Shown here one piece after another: positions 31,898 through 47,569 of a DNA stretch of 64,000 nucleotides (its first letter is position 1; each line of letters starts with the position of its first letter). The notes under the pieces were generated by a model. It was not told the DNA's origin. It searched no databases and saw only the letters and a list, made by a program, of their open reading frames with translations. Made by a program: the position numbers and the translations under genes. Source of the stretch: the human T2T-CHM13v2.0 reference genome, Homo sapiens; the NCBI RefSeq assembly GCF_009914755.1, contig NC_060934.1, one strand, 5' to 3'.

Positions 31898-32109
31898 GTC
31901 TTTGATCCATTTGAGTTTATTTTTGTATAGAGTGAGTGGGGAGGGAGAGATAAACATTTAGGTCCAGGAAGCTTGTCCATAATGAAACTATGGCAGGGGC
32001 CAGGAAGGAAGATTGTAAACAAATAATATTACCTTCCACATTATTATTGTTATTATTTACAAAATTTTCATACACCCGTGGGTCTATTTGAGTTTTAAAT
32101 TCTGTTCCA

Positions 32110-32400
32110 GGGTTGGGCTCAGTGGCTCACGCCTGTAATCCCACCACTTTGGGAGAACTAGGCAGGAGGATAGCTTGAGCTAAGCAGTTCGAGACCAGCC
32201 TGGGCAACATAGTGAGACCTTATCTCCACAAAAAAATTAGACAGGCATGGTGGCACGTGCCTATAGTCCCAGCTACTTGGGAGGCTGAAGTGGGAGACCA
32301 CTTGAGCCTAGGAGGTTGAAGCTACAGTGAGCCAAGTTCGCATCACTGCACTCAAGCCTTAGCAACACAGTGAGATCCTGTCTCAAAAAAATAAATAAGT
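32110..32400 (+). mobile_element. AluJ with 13-bp TSD
   Basis: TSD AAATTCTGTTCCA at 32097-32109 and 32401-32413. Confidence 0.93.
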
Positions 32401-33282
32401 AAATTCTGTTCCAACGGTCTAGTTTCCTGTTCCTCTGACAAAAACATAAGTTTTAATTATTATAACTCCATAATATACTTTCATGTCTTGTAGATTAGGC
32501 TCCTTTCTCTGCCCTTTTTTATAAAATTGACTTTCCTAATTTTTACTCCTTAATTATTCTATATAAATATTAGAAAAAGTTTGATTTCCTCAAAAATTCT
32601 AAAATTTTAATTAGAATTGCTTTTATTGATAGTCAGGGGAGGACTGACATATCCACACAGTGATTTAAGACAATAAGAGACCATCTTACACTTACTATGT
32701 TATTAAATAATACTAAGTGCAGGTGAGGATACTAGAAAACTGTCTTATGGTTGGATGGAATGGTGCTGCCATTTTGGAGAACAGTATGGCAGTATTTAAT
32801 AACATTAAATAGGCAGTTTTTAGTAGCATTAAATACGTGTAAATGTTATGATGTAGCACTTCCTCTAATGAGTTTTTACCCCAAAGAACAGTTGTAGAGA
32901 TATACAAGGAGACATACACAAGATATTCATTGCAGTTGTTTGTGGTAACTAAGAGTTGGAGAAAACTTACATGTCCTTTTATAAAGTAATGGATAAGGAA
33001 ACTATATAAGCATATGATCGAATATAATGCAACGATCAGAAGCTGCCATTGAGAAAAGCATGGTGGCAAGAAAGCAAAAATGAATCAGGTTTTAGAATTA
33101 CATTTATCAAATAATTTAGGTGTGGTTACAGACATATGGAATTGACTAGAAGTAAATTGATCAGAACTCTATTAAGGTTTTGAAGGAATTATTTTGCCAA
33201 AAACAAAAACTAACAAATGGAGTCAACAACAGAATCTGGACTAAAAAAATTTTTTTGACTAGTCTAGTCTTAAAATGAACTT

Positions 33283-33717
<435 letters not shown>

Positions 33718-34308
33718 TCAGGTTCTGAAATTTGCATAGCTGAAAGCAGGCTCAGAAAGCTGTGCAGTCTCCAAGGACATATTCCTCAACAACCTCTTCA
33801 GGTATGGCCATGAAAAATAGACAAGGAAGAACATCCGGCAGGAAAAACCCAAGAACCATGAAAAACAGTGGATAAGGGAATGCCTCAAAGGGAGTAGAAC
33901 CCAGCTCTAATTACAAATTAGCCCACACCCCAGTTAAGAGGAATTCACAATGCATGCCTCAGAGGATTTTATCATTGTAATGAACCAGCAGTTACTATGT
34001 GTCTCCCATTATTTTTCTTTTCAAGTTAAGAATTCTTAATTGTAGCCATCTAGCCCTGTCCCTAATGAATGTATTAGGTATGTGGGAGTAAGAATGAGAA
34101 TAGGTGCAAATAATTTATCTCTTTAGTTCATGGGTGGCTTGACCACAAGAAGCCACTTCTATGACTGAAATAACTGTGTATCACTAGGAAATCCTAGAAC
34201 TTGAATTGGATGCACTGACTGATACTTTGAGCAGTCACTCTTAAGATAAGGTGTATCTTATGTGTGGGAAGAAGAGTAAAACAGATGCTATTTACCAGAA
34301 GAGTGAAC

Positions 34309-34700
34309 TATGGCAGAAATTGGCCAGACATTCAGCAAACCTATTTTTTTTCTCCTAGACTCTCAGCTAGACCATATTTCCCAGCCTCTGTTTTGGTGAG
34401 GTGCAATTATATGACTTTCAGCCTATGGAATGTGGAAAGAGTGATGATTATACACCACTTTCAGGCTTGGCTTGTAAAAATCCACCAATCATTCCTTCAC
34501 TTTCTCTCCTCATAGTTGGCTGGATAGTGACACCTAAAACCACAGCAAAAGATGGCAGAGCTTCCACCAGCCTAGGTTCCTGAATGACTGCATGGAGTGT
34601 GCCCCAGCCCCTGCTGACAGTTGGACTTTATGTGAGTGGGAAATTGTTATTATGTTAAGCCACTGATATTTCAGGAGTTATAGCAGTTAGCTTAATACAT
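34309..34700 (+). mobile_element. Old MLT1 (J/K-like) LTR
   Basis: CATATTTCCCAGCCTC...GTTAAGCCACTGATATTT. Confidence 0.6.
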
Positions 34701-35283
34701 GAATACACTTTAAACCAGAAATACCAGTTTTTAAAAGCTTTTCACCTAGAGGGAACATGTACAAACATTGGTTATGGTAGTTGGGGTTAACTTTGGTATT
34801 CGTCACTTAAAAAGATAGGTAAATATAAAAACACCCCAGAGCCTAGGAAAAAAACAAAAACAAAACAAAACAAAAAGATAGGTAAATAAAAATGAAGCAT
34901 CTGGAAGCAATGTACTAGATGAATGTACAATGAGACGGATAAACCTCAAGAACATAGTGTTGATCGAAAAAAGCAACGAGCAGAATTACAGATAGCAGTA
35001 GTACAATATCATTGATGTAATTTTGAAATAAAATGGGGAAAAAAACTATAGCACAATACCACTGATGTAAATTTAAACACATAAATACACAAAACAGTAT
35101 TATATATTTTTCAAAGATACACACATATCCAAGGGTATATACCAAACATGTCAGGGAAGAAGAATGGGTCTGGGAGTCAATTGAATGGGGAAAAAAAAGA
35201 AAAGAAAGGGGATATTGCAGAAACAATAGTGATAAAGTGCCATCAATTGAGGGCTATGATTGACTCAATTTTCTGTATCTACA

Positions 35284-35717
35284 TGTGATAGATGCTGCAA
35301 TATGCCACCCAGATTTCTTCTTCAGGAATGGAAGATTTGTTCCCCCAGCTGCTAAAGTGCTGCAGGAAGACACTCCTCAGCTCTCAGTCCTCTTTGGGGA
35401 TTGCTGTGGCAAAAGAAAACTGGAGGTCCAAGATGATACCTCCTTCCAAGAGTAGCTCATATACAATGATTGAGAGGTGCCTGTTCTTGCTTCAGCTAGG
35501 GACAATTTTGAAGGGCCATCCCAGATCCAGAGCTTGTCATCAGGTTGATTAATTGATTACATTTCAACTTCTCCCTCTACCCAATTCTGCTTTCGTTCCC
35601 TCCCTTCCACAAGTGCTGATCCCAAGACCACTGCCTAATAAATGGCCTGCACACTAGTCTCCATCTCTTCTTCAACTGTATCTCCACCTCTTCTTCCTGA
35701 AGCAACATGCTGTGACA
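35284..35717 (+). mobile_element. LTR16-like ERVL LTR
   Basis: TGTGATAGATGCTG...CCTAATAAA...TGTGACA. Confidence 0.65.
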
Positions 35718-36263
35718 CAAACGTTAATGTATGTTCGTGTATCTTAACCTTTGTTGCTCTATATTTCCCTTCTGCTCACCTCTATTTTTCAAGTTTATAG
35801 CAACATTTTGTGAAAATAAATAAATATGAAAGTTTTACAAAGTATCATCAGAATGTATTTCTATATCAGCTTTAGCAATAACAAAACATGCTAGAATTTC
35901 TTCCAAGAACATAAAATAGCTGAAAGTACCCTAGCCATTGAAAATAAAAGATATCATCCTTGTTTATCAAGAAAACTTAAAGGAATACAAATGATGAAAA
36001 AATAAATAGACATGTAATCAGTTCCCATTAGGTAGCAAGTTAAATGCCAAACCAAAGCTTCCTCATTAAATCAGTTGTACAGTTGTGTTATTTCCAAACT
36101 CCTACAACATCACACATGAGTAGAAGTCACTTAGAAACCTCTTTAATTCCCTTAATACTTGTTCATTTAATCCACTTGCCTAGACTGTTGTTTTCTTGTG
36201 AGCCTTTGATGAGCTTTCAAACCTACAGGTTCCTATGTTTGACAAGTGTTTCCTACAACTAAC

Positions 36264-38332
36264 TGTGTTATTAGCTTCCCAAGGCTGCTGTAACAAAGTG
36301 CCATAAACCTGGTGGTTTATAACAACAGAAATTTATTCTCTCACATTTATGGCAATGAAAAGTTCCAATCAAGGTGTCAGCAGGGCCATGCTCTGTCTGA
36401 AACACTTTATGGCAGAATTCTTCCTTGCCTATTCTAGCTTCTACTGGTTGCCAGCAATCCTCACATGAGTTTCTCCCTGTGTGCCCTCTCCTCTTCCTTT
36501 AATGTAATCACTAAATGCAGTGATTACATTTAGGGCCCACCCTAATCTGATATGACTTCATCTTAATATACATCTTAATTACGTTTGCAAAGATCTGATT
36601 TGCAAATAAGGTCCCATTCTGAGGTTCCAGGTGGATATGAATTTGGGAGGGACGCCATTCAACCCAGTAAAGTTTGCCCTCTGCTTCCCCAAAACTCACA
36701 CCCATCCCATGCACAAAATACATTCACCCCATCCCCATATCCTCAAAAGTCTTAACCTATTCCAGGATTAGCTCTAAATTCAAAATCTCCCCTAAACATC
36801 CACCAGTAAAGTTCCAAATATCATCAGCTATATAATCTAAACCAAGTATGGGTGAAACTCTGGGTATGGTCCATCCCAGGGCAAAATTATTCTCCATCCA
36901 CAGATTTGTGAAACTAGAAAACAAGTTCCCTGCTTCCAAAATACACTGATGGAACAGGCATAGGCCAGGCATTCCCATTCCTAAACTAAAAAATTGGAAG
37001 AAATGAAGGACTTACTTGTCTATAGCAAGTTCACAATGCAGCAGTGCAAATTCCCTCAGGTTTCAAAGCCTAAGAGTAATCCTTTGTGGCTTGATGCTAT
37101 GTCCTCTGGGCCCTCTGAGGTAGGAACTCCTTTCTCTCTGACCTCTGCTTCATGGCTCTGCCCTCAAAAGTCATTCCTCCTTCATTTTGTCTTGTCTCTG
37201 TCCCTTTCAGTCCAGGCTGGCAGTGTTTCTGCTGGTATAAAATTCTCAAAAACCTTGTAAGTCTTTTATGAATGTCAAGGAGTCTTACATTGTTAGACAT
37301 GAAGGTGCTCCATGGGTCCTTCCTGGATAACCCCATCTTTATTGCAGGCTGTTACTGAGATGGTTGACTGGATCCCTAAATCACACACCTAATGTCTATC
37401 GCAAACAGCTGTCCAGCTACACCTTAGCCCTTTTTTCATAGCATGCTATTTGGATAGCATAAGAATCTTCCAAATGATCAACTCTTGGTTTCTTTTTCCT
37501 TAACAGTGCATTTCTCAATGTATCTCTTTCTTCTCTCATTTTACTGTCAGCAGCAAAGAGAAATCTGGCTGCACCTTTCATACTTTGCCTGGAAATCTCC
37601 TAATCCAAATAACCAAGTTCTTTTACAAGTTCTACTTTTCACCGAACAGTAGAGCATAATTCAGCCAAGTTTTCTGCCACTCTATGACAAGGATTGCCTT
37701 TTCTCTAGTGGCCAAGAATATGTTCCCCATTTATATCTGGGACTTCACCAGAAGCACCTTTATTGCTCATATTTCTAGAAACATTCTTTTAGTGGTAATA
37801 TATATATGTGCCTTAACACAATAGAAGCTCTCTCCATAGCTCTCCTTCCTTCTTTCTGAGCCCTAACTAGAAGCCCCTTAAACTTCAGTATTTCTACCAA
37901 CAGTCTCTTCAAGGCAACCCAGGCTTTTTCTGGCATGCACCTAAAAATTCTCCCAGCCTCTACCCACTACCCAGTTCCAAAGCCACTTCCACATTTTTAG
38001 GTATTTGCTACAGCAGCATCTCACTTCCCAGTACTATTATGTTTATTAGTTTCCCAGGGCTGCCATAACAAAAGACCACAAACTAGGTGGCTTATAACAA
38101 CAGAAATTTATTCTCTCACAATTCTAGAAGCTTGAAGCATATAATCAAGGTGTTGGCAGGGCTGCGCTCTCTCTGAAGGCTCTAGGAAAGGACACTTTCT
38201 TGCCTCTTCCAGCTTCTGGTGATTACCAGCAATCCTTAGTGTTCCTAGGCTTGAAGATGCATCACTCCAATCTCTGTCTCCATCCTCCATGGCCACATTC
38301 TGAGGTGCTGGGTGGATATGAATATCCAACAC
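36264..38332 (-). mobile_element. MaLR provirus-like element: MLT1 LTR - internal region - MLT1 LTR
   Basis: Two similar LTRs (36264-36670, 38040-38332; both with ATAACAACAGAAATTTATTCTCTCAC) around a ~1.37-kb MLT1-int-like segment. Confidence 0.8.
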
Positions 38333-38960
38333 ATTTCAATCTGGTAGTCTTTTTCTGCCGCCTTCTTATTTCTGTTTTAACTCACTGTCTCCAAGTCCAA
38401 GCTGTTCAATTCCCTTTATAATGAAGAGAAAAATAAATGTTGCCAAGGGAAAGTATTCTGTTTAAAGTTAAGAAAACTACTTGTCAGAGTCAGTCCTATA
38501 GTTGCTTTAATTATATGTATAAGTACCCCTGGAGTTATTTGTTGTATGTTTGTTTGTTTGGGGTGTTTGCTGCAAGCACCCACTGGTTCCACACAATCTT
38601 TTCTGGATTCTGTTAGCTAGTATTCTATTCAGGAATTTTACACCTATGTTCATGAGTGAAATTGGCCTGTAATTTCTCTTTCTTGTTTCTTTCTTTGTCT
38701 GCTTTGGTTATACTAACTTCAAAGACTTAGGGAGTATTTCCTCTTTTTCTAGTCTCTGGAAGTTTGAACAAGATTGGAATAATCTATTCAATGACAGTTT
38801 GGTAAAATTTTTCTGAACGATTCTTTGGGCGCATTGTTTACTTTGTGGAAAAAGTTTAAATTATTGATTGGTTTGACATTAGAAAATCCGTAAACATAAT
38901 TGATTATGTGAACAGAACAAAAAAAAAACACATCTCAATAAGTGTAGAAAAAAGCATTTA

Positions 38961-39290
38961 GGCTGGACACGATGGCTCACGCCTGTAATCCCAGCACTCT
39001 GGGAGGCCAAGGCGGGCAGACCGCAAGGTCAGGAGTTCAAGAGCAGCCTGACCAACATGGTTAAACCTCATCTCTACTAAAAATACAAAAATTAGCCAGG
39101 CATGGTGGCACACACCTGTAATCCCAGCTACTCAGAAGGCTGAGGCAGGGGAGAATTGCTTGAACCCAGGAGGCGGAGGTTGCAGTGGGCCAAGATGGCG
39201 CCACTGCTCTCTCCAGCCTGGGTGACAGAGCAAGAATCCATCGTAAAAAAACACAAACAAACAAACAAAAACAAGAAAAAGAAGAAAAGC
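38961..39290 (+). mobile_element. AluS
   Basis: Full dimer; flanking AAAAGCAT repeat. Confidence 0.93.
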
Positions 39291-39378
39291 ATGTAATAAA
39301 ATTCAACATCTGATTATGCTTCAACATCTTTTCATAACTACTAAAACATTACCAAAGCTAATTTTTTTTAAAACATCA

Positions 39379-39585
<207 letters not shown>

Positions 39586-41200
39586 TTAGCTGTCTTTTAA
39601 AAAACCAGAACATGACAAGCATGCCCAACATTAATACTTTTACTCAATATTATATTTCAGGTCTTAGCCAACCCAGCAAGGCCTAGGGTTGGAAAAGGAT
39701 AAATTTTTTCCACATATTCACATTCACAGATGATAAGACTATCTAGAACACCCAAAACAATAGACAAATTATTGGAAACAATGAGAGAGTTTGGCAAAAT
39801 GGTTCTTTCTCTCTCTCTCTCTATATATATATATATGTATATATCAATAAAACAATCCCTTCCCTTCCATATATATAATCTCTACACCTCAGCAAAAATA
39901 ACTCAAAAATATAATATTAAAGTCTTTATTACACAACTTTTCAAATATACACAAAAATTGGGAGAATAGCGTAATGAACTCTCACATACCCATTACCCAG
40001 CTTCATTTCAACAATTATCAACACTTGGCCATTCTTCTTTCACCTCCCTTAACTTTTTTAATGAACTACTTAAAACTAAAAATAGTGACATTATGTCATA
40101 TGAACTATTTTAAACAAATGTCATGTCACCTTACCAGTAAATGCATATGAGTTTCTAATAAAGGCCTTTTATTTTTATCATAATGAACATGATTTTAGCA
40201 TATAACCTAATCCAATTAATGCTAACACCTTAATATCATCTAATATCCAGTACAAATTAAAATGTATCAAAGTGCTTCAAAAATATCTTTTTACACTGGT
40301 TTGATAAGCCATACTTTTTTTTTTTTACTATTATAGCAATAAAACAAGGATGTGTGAGACCTATATGAAGGAAACTGTAAAACTTTACTGAAATTCTTTA
40401 AAGAAGAAAATAAATGAAGAGATATACCATGTTCAATGATGAGAGGACTCAATATCTTTAAAATCACAATAGTGAACTATAAATTCAGTGCAAGTCTCAT
40501 CAGCATTCAAATGGGGTTTTCAAAGAACTTGAGCCTCTGATTCCAAAATTTATATGGGAGATCAAAATCTCAAGAAAAGCAAAGAAGAATATAGTGGAAG
40601 ATTTACCCTAACAGGTAAGAAAACTTATTATAAAGTAATATTAAGATAGTATGGTGTAGGAGGAAGAATCTATAGATCAATCAGTGGAATGAAATAGAGT
40701 CTATATGGAAGCTTGATGTGGCACTGCAGCTTCCTTCTTAAATGAGAAAACACTTACTAGATGCTATGAGGACTATCTGTTATTCTCCTGGGGAAAAAAT
40801 AAAAGAAATTGAATATCACACTATAACCCAAAATCAAGTCCATAAAGATTAAAAACTTAAATGTTAAAAGCAAAAATTTGAACTTTTAGAAGAAAATATA
40901 ATATCTTTACAACCTTGAGGTAAGGGAGAATTCATAAATAAACTTGATTAAAGGATGTACAAATTTAGCTATATTATAATTCAGACATCTTTTCACTGGG
41001 GAAGTGAAAAAACAAACTATAAACTTGGGGAAGATATTTTTCAACACATACAACTGATACAAGATTAATATCCAAAATAGATACAAAATGCCTACAAATC
41101 AGTAGCAAAAGATAAACAACATAACACAAAAATGGGCAAAAGAAAAATAAGCATTTTACTGCAAGGAAATACAAATAGACCATAAACATAAGAAAAGATA

Positions 41201-41915
41201 TTGCTGCGTTTTGAATGATGTTATCTCATTCAAAATTCATGTTGAAACTTAATCCCTAATGCTGCAATATTAAGAGGTGTGGCATTTGGGAGGTGATTAA
41301 GTCATGATCTTAACCTCTTGAATGGTATTAGCACCTTATTAAAGAGCTCAAGATTGAAGGGACTGTTCTGCCTTTCCACCTTCACACAGTGCTCCTCTCC
41401 TCCAGAGGATGCAGCAACAAGGCACCATATTGGAAGCATAAAGCAGCCCTCAACAGACATCAATCTTTTTATTTTCTTATTTTTAGTTTTTGTGGATACA
41501 TAGTAGGTGTATATATTTATGAGATACATGAGATATTTTGATACAGGCATGCAATGCGTAATAATCACATCATAGAAAATGGGGTATCTAACCTCTCAAG
41601 CATTTATCCTTTGTGTTACAAACAATCCAATTATACTTTTAGTTATTTTTAAATGTACAATTAAATTATTATTAACTATAGTCACCCTGCTGTGCTACCA
41701 AATACTAGACCTTATTCATTCTTTTTTTCTGTACTCATTAACCAACCATCCCTCTCTCCTCCCCCAACTCCCCTCCCTCCACCAAATACCAATCTTGCCA
41801 ACATCTTTTTGGACTTCCCAGCCAAGTACAAGAACTGTGGGAAATAAATTTCTATTGTTTATAAATTGCCCAGTCTCTCAGGGATTTTGTTATAGCAGCA
41901 CAAACAGGCTAATAT
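41201..41915 (+). mobile_element. MST/MLT1A LTR interrupted by a reverse L1MA 3' end (41468-41780)
   Basis: AAAATTCATGTTGAAACTTAATCCC...TGTTATAGCAGCACAAAC; insert flanked by CAATCTT. Confidence 0.75.
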
Positions 41916-41949
41916 ACTTGACTTTATTTGCTTTCCTTTTTAAACCATA

Positions 41950-42160
41950 TTCTTTTTTTTTTCTTTTTTTTGAGACAGAGATCTCACTCTGTCACCCAGG
42001 CTGGAGTGTAGTGGTGACATCATGGCTCACTGCAGCCTCAAACTCCTGGGCTCAGAAGATCCTCCCATCTCAGCCTCCTGAGTAGCTAGGACTATAGGCA
42101 CACACCACCCCACTTGGGTGATGTTTATATTTTTTGTAAAGACTATCTCGCCCAGGCTCT
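41950..42160 (-). mobile_element. Partial AluJ
   Basis: Reverse right arm. Confidence 0.85.
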
Positions 42161-45100
42161 GTATTAACCATTTTTAAGTACAGGCATGCCTCAGAGATAT
42201 TATAAGTTTGGTTCCAGATCACCACAATAGAGCAAATATTACAATAAAGGGAAATCACATGAATTTTTTGGTTTCCCAGTGCACATAAAAGTTATGTTTA
42301 CATTATACTGCAGTCTATTAACTGTGCAATAGCATTATGTCTAAAAAAAACCAATGTGCATACTTTAATTTAAAAATATTTTGGAGGAGGCAAGACAAGA
42401 TAACTGAATAGATGCTTCCACTGATCATTCTCCCCACAAAAACACCAAATTCAACAACTATTTACAGAAGAAAGCACCTCCGTTAAGAACCAAAAATCAG
42501 GTGAGTGATCACAGTGCCTGGTTTTTAACTCCACATCTCTGAAAGAGGCACTGAAGAGGGTAGGAAAGACAGTCTTAAATTGCTGACACCACCCCTTCCC
42601 CATCTCTTGCACAGAGAGAGAATCTGTGTGCTTGGGGGTCAGGAAGAGCACAGCAATTGTAGGATGTTGTATTGGAACTAGTGCTGCCAACACTGTGCAG
42701 AACTCAGCTGACACCCACAGAGGCAGCACTGAGATGAGCCCTAGCCAGAGGGAAATCACCCATCCCAGGGGTCGGAACCTGAGTTTCTGCAAGCCTCACC
42801 TCCATGGGCTAAAGTGCCCTGGGGTTCTAAGGAAACTTGAAAGGCAGTCTAGGCGACAAGGACTGCAACTCCTAGGCAAGTCATAGTGCTGTGCTGGGCT
42901 TGGAGCCAGTGGACATGGAGGGACATGCACCTAGTGAGGCACAGCCAAGGTAGCTAAGGGAATGCTTGCACCACCACTCCCCCTATCCCAAGCAGCATAG
43001 TTTGCAGTTTCAGAAGTGACCCCTTCCTTCTGTTTGAGGAGAGGAGAGGAAACAGTAAAGACAACTTTGTCTTGTGACTTGGATACCAGCTCAGTCTTAG
43101 TAAGATAGGGTACCAGGCAGAGTCCTAACACATCTAGCTCCCAGACAGCATTTCTAGACACACCCTGGGAAGAAGGGAACCCACTGCCTTGAAGAGAAGG
43201 ACTCAGGCCTGGCATGATTCACCACCTGCTGACTAAAGAGCCTTTGGGCCCTGAATAATCAGCAGCGGTAACCAGGTAGAACACACCATGGGCCTTGGGT
43301 GAGACTCTCAGATGTGCTGGCCTGCAGTGTGACCCAGCACATTCACAGCTGTGATGACAAAAAGGAGAGACTGCTTCTGCCTGCGAAAAGCAGAGGGAAG
43401 AGTAACAGGGACTTTGTCTTGCAGCTTAGATACCAGCTCAACCACAGTGGGGTAGAGCACCAGGTAGTAGGCCCATGGGATTCCTGATTCCAGGCCTTGG
43501 TTCTTGGCAGGTATTTTTAGACCTACCCTGGGACAGAAGGGAACCCACTTCCCTGAAGGGTGAGTCCCAGGCCTGGCAGCATTCACTATAGCTGACTGAA
43601 GAGCCTTTAGGCCTTAAGGGAGCATCAGTGGTAGTGTGGGAGTACTCCTCATGGGCCTGTGCTGGTGGTGACTGAGGGGAGAGACTCCTGTGCCTGGGGA
43701 AAGGAGAGGGAAGAGTGGGAAAGACTATGTCTTGTGGTTTGGGTGCCAGCTCAGCTGCAGTAGAATAGAGCACCAGGTACATATCTCAGGTTTCCAACCC
43801 CAGACCCTGGCTCTTAGACAGCATTTCTGGACCCACCTAGGGTCCAAGGGAACTCGTTGCCCTGAAGGGAGGGACACAAACCTAACTGGCTTTGCCACCT
43901 GCTGACTATAGAGCCCTAGGGCCTTGAGCAAACATAGGCAATAGCCACGGAGTAGATACAGCAGGCCTTGGGTGAGATCCAGTGCTATGTTGGCTTCAGG
44001 TCTGACCTAGTGCAGTCCCAGCGGTGGTGATCACAGTGGTGCTTGTGTCACCCCTCCCCCAGCTCCAGGCAGCTCAGCACAGATACAGCAACTGTGTTTG
44101 TTTGGGAGGAAGTAAAAAAACAAGAGTGTCTGCGTGATAATCCAGAGAATTCTTCCAGATTTTATCCGAGACCACCAACATTGTCCCTCTGTGAATATGC
44201 AAGAACCACAGTGTTACTGGGCTTGCGGTCCCCCCTAATGCAGATATGGCTGCAGTGACCAAAAACTTAGATCACAATACTCGAGTCTCTTTGAATACCT
44301 GGAAACCCTTCCAGGGATAGGTACAAACAAGCCTACACTGCAAAGACTACAATAAATACCTAACTCTTCAATGCTCAGAAACCGACAAACATTCACAAGA
44401 ATCAAGGAAAACATGGCCTCACCAAACAAACTAAATAAGGCACCAGGGTCCAATCCTGGAAAGACAGAGATATGTAATCCTTCAGACAGAGAATTCAAAA
44501 TAGTGTGTTGAAGAAACAAAGAAATTCAAGATAAATTCAACAGAAGGAATTCAGAATCCTATCAGATAAAATTAACAAATAAATTTAAATAATTAAAAAG
44601 AATCAAGCAGAAATTCTAGAGTTGAAAAATGCAATTGACATATTGTAGAATGAATCAGAGTCTCTTAACAGCAGAACTGATCAAGCAGAAGGAAGAACTA
44701 GTGAGCTTGGAGACAGGTTATTTGAAAATGCACAGCCAAAAGAGACAAAAAAGAAAAGAATAAAAAAGGATGAAGCACACCTACAAGACCTAGGACATAG
44801 CCTTAACAGGGCAAATCAAAGAGTTACTGAATTTAAAGAGGAGGTAGAGACAGAAATAAGGCTAGAAAGTTTTTTCAAAGGAATAATAGCAGAGGACTTT
44901 CCAAACCTAGAAAAACATATCAATATTCAAGTATAAGATGATTATAGAACAACAAGCAGATTTAACACAAAGAAGACTCCTAAAAGGATTTAATAATCAA
45001 ACTCCCAAAGGACAAGGATAAAGAAAGTATCCTAAAAGCAGAAGAAAAAAGAGAAAGAAAGAAAAGAAAAGAAAGAGTTCTAATATTCCTGGCAGCAGAC

Positions 45101-45372
45101 TGTTCAGTGGAAACCCTATAGGCCAGCAGAAAGTGGTACGACATATTTAAGGTGGTGAAGGAAAAAAACCATTTACTCTAGATTAGCATATCTGGCAAAA
45201 ATATCCTTCAAACATGAAGGAGAAATAAAGACTTTCTTAGACAAACTAAAGCTGAGGGATTTCATCAACAACAGACTTGTCCTACAAGAAATGCTAAAGA
45301 AAGTTCCTCAATTTGAAAAAAAAAAAAAAAAAGGATGTTAATGAGCAAAATGAGCAATAAGAAATTACCTGA

Positions 45373-45739
<367 letters not shown>

Positions 45740-47260
45740 TCATTGTGATGTATAAATACTCATATCTTAAGTAGAAAGACTAAAAGATGAACTGATCAAA
45801 AATAATAACTACAACAACTTTACAAGACAGTACAATGAGGTATAAATAGGAACAACAAAAAATTTTTTTAAAAGGAGGAACAAAGTTAAAGTGTGGCGTT
45901 TTTCTTAGTTTTGTTTGTTTATGCAATCCATGTTAAGTTATCATCAGTTTAAAATAATGGGTTATAAGATATTATTTGCACGCCTCATGGTAACCTTAAG
46001 TCAAAAAACATACAATGAATACACAAAAAGTGAAAAGCAAGAAATTAAATCATACCACCAGAGAAAATCAGCTTCACTAAAAGCAAGATAGGAAGAAGGG
46101 AAAAAAAGGAGGAAAAGACCGGAAAACAAATAACAAAATGGCAGGAGTAAGTCCTTACTTGTCAATGACATTGATAGCAAATGGACTAAACTCTCCAATC
46201 AAAAAACATAGAGTGGTTGAATGGATTTAAAAAACAAAATTCAACAATTTGCCTATAAGAAACACACTTCACATATAAAGACACATACAGACTGAAAGAT
46301 AGTTTTCAAGACAAAAACTATAAAAAGAGATAAAGAAGGTCATTTTATAACAATAAAGGGGTCAATTCATCAAGAGGATATAACAGTTGTAAATATATGT
46401 GCATCCAACACTGGAACACCCAGATATACAAAGCAGATATTAGAAAGATAGATACCAATACAATAATAGCTGAAGACTTCAACACCCCACTTTCAGCACT
46501 GCATAGATCATCCAAACAGAAAATCAACAAAGAAATATCAGACATAATGTGCACTATAGACCAAATGGAACTAATATGCATTGACAGAACATTTTATCTA
46601 ATGGCTGCAGAATATACATTCTTTTCCTCAGCAAATGGGTCATTCTAAAGGATAGACCATATCTTAGGCCACAAAACAAGTCTTAAAACATTCAGAAATT
46701 GAAATAATAGCAACTGTCTTCTCTAACCACAACGGAATAAAACTAGAAATCAGTAACAAGAGGAATTTTGGAAACTATACAAACACATGGAAATTGAACA
46801 CTATGCAACTGAATGAACAGTGGGCCAATGAGATTAGGAAGGAAATTGAAAAATGTCTTGCAACAAATGATAATGGAAATACAACATACCAAAAATAATG
46901 GAATAAAACAAAAGCAGTATTAAGAAAAATATAAACCTGTAAGCACCTACATCAAAAAAGTAGAAAAACTTCCAATAAACAACTTAATGATGCGTCTTAA
47001 AGAACTATAAAAGCAAGGGCAAACCAAACCTGAAGTTAGAAGAAGAAAAGAAACAATAAAGATCAGAGCAGCACTAAGTGAAATTGAAATGAAGAAAGCA
47101 ACACAAAAGATCAATGAAACAAAATGTTGATTTTTTTGAAAAGATAAACAAAATTGACAAATCTTTAGCCGACTAAGAAAAAAAGAGAGAAGATTCAAAT
47201 AAAATCAGCAGTGAAAAATGAGACATTACAATTAATACCACAGAAATTCAAAGGATCACA

Positions 47261-47569
47261 GCCAGGTGCGGTGGCTCACACCTGTAATCCCAGCACTTTG
47301 GGAGGCCGAGGCGGGTGGATCACGTGGTCAGGAGATCGAGACCATCCTGGCCAACACGGTGAAACCCCGTCTCTACTAAAAATACAAAAATTAGCCAGAC
47401 GTGGTGGTGGGCGCCTGTAGTCCCAGCTACTCAGGAGGCTGAGACAGGAGAATGGCGTGAACCCGGGGAGACGGAGCTTGCAGTGAGCTGAGTTCGCACC
47501 ACTACACTCCAGCCTGGCAACAGAGTGAAACTCCATCTCAAAAAAAAAAAAATTAAAAAAAAAAAAAAA
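47261..47569 (+). mobile_element. AluSc/Y-like in L1MA
   Basis: TSD AGAAATTCAAAGGA. Confidence 0.95.

Noticed and set aside
39806-39845. (CT)n(AT)n microsatellite (also a TA/TG tract near 23460-23512)
   Set aside because: Ordinary short simple repeats
41468-41780. Inverted similarity to the L1MA 3' end at 50750-51000 suggesting an inversion
   Set aside because: Has its own flanking repeat inside the LTR and is diverged; an independent insertion of a related subfamily
43030-43930. Spaced direct repeats as a CRISPR-like or novel array
   Set aside because: Diverged ~330-bp L1 5'UTR monomers in primate DNA; no unique spacers or cas genes
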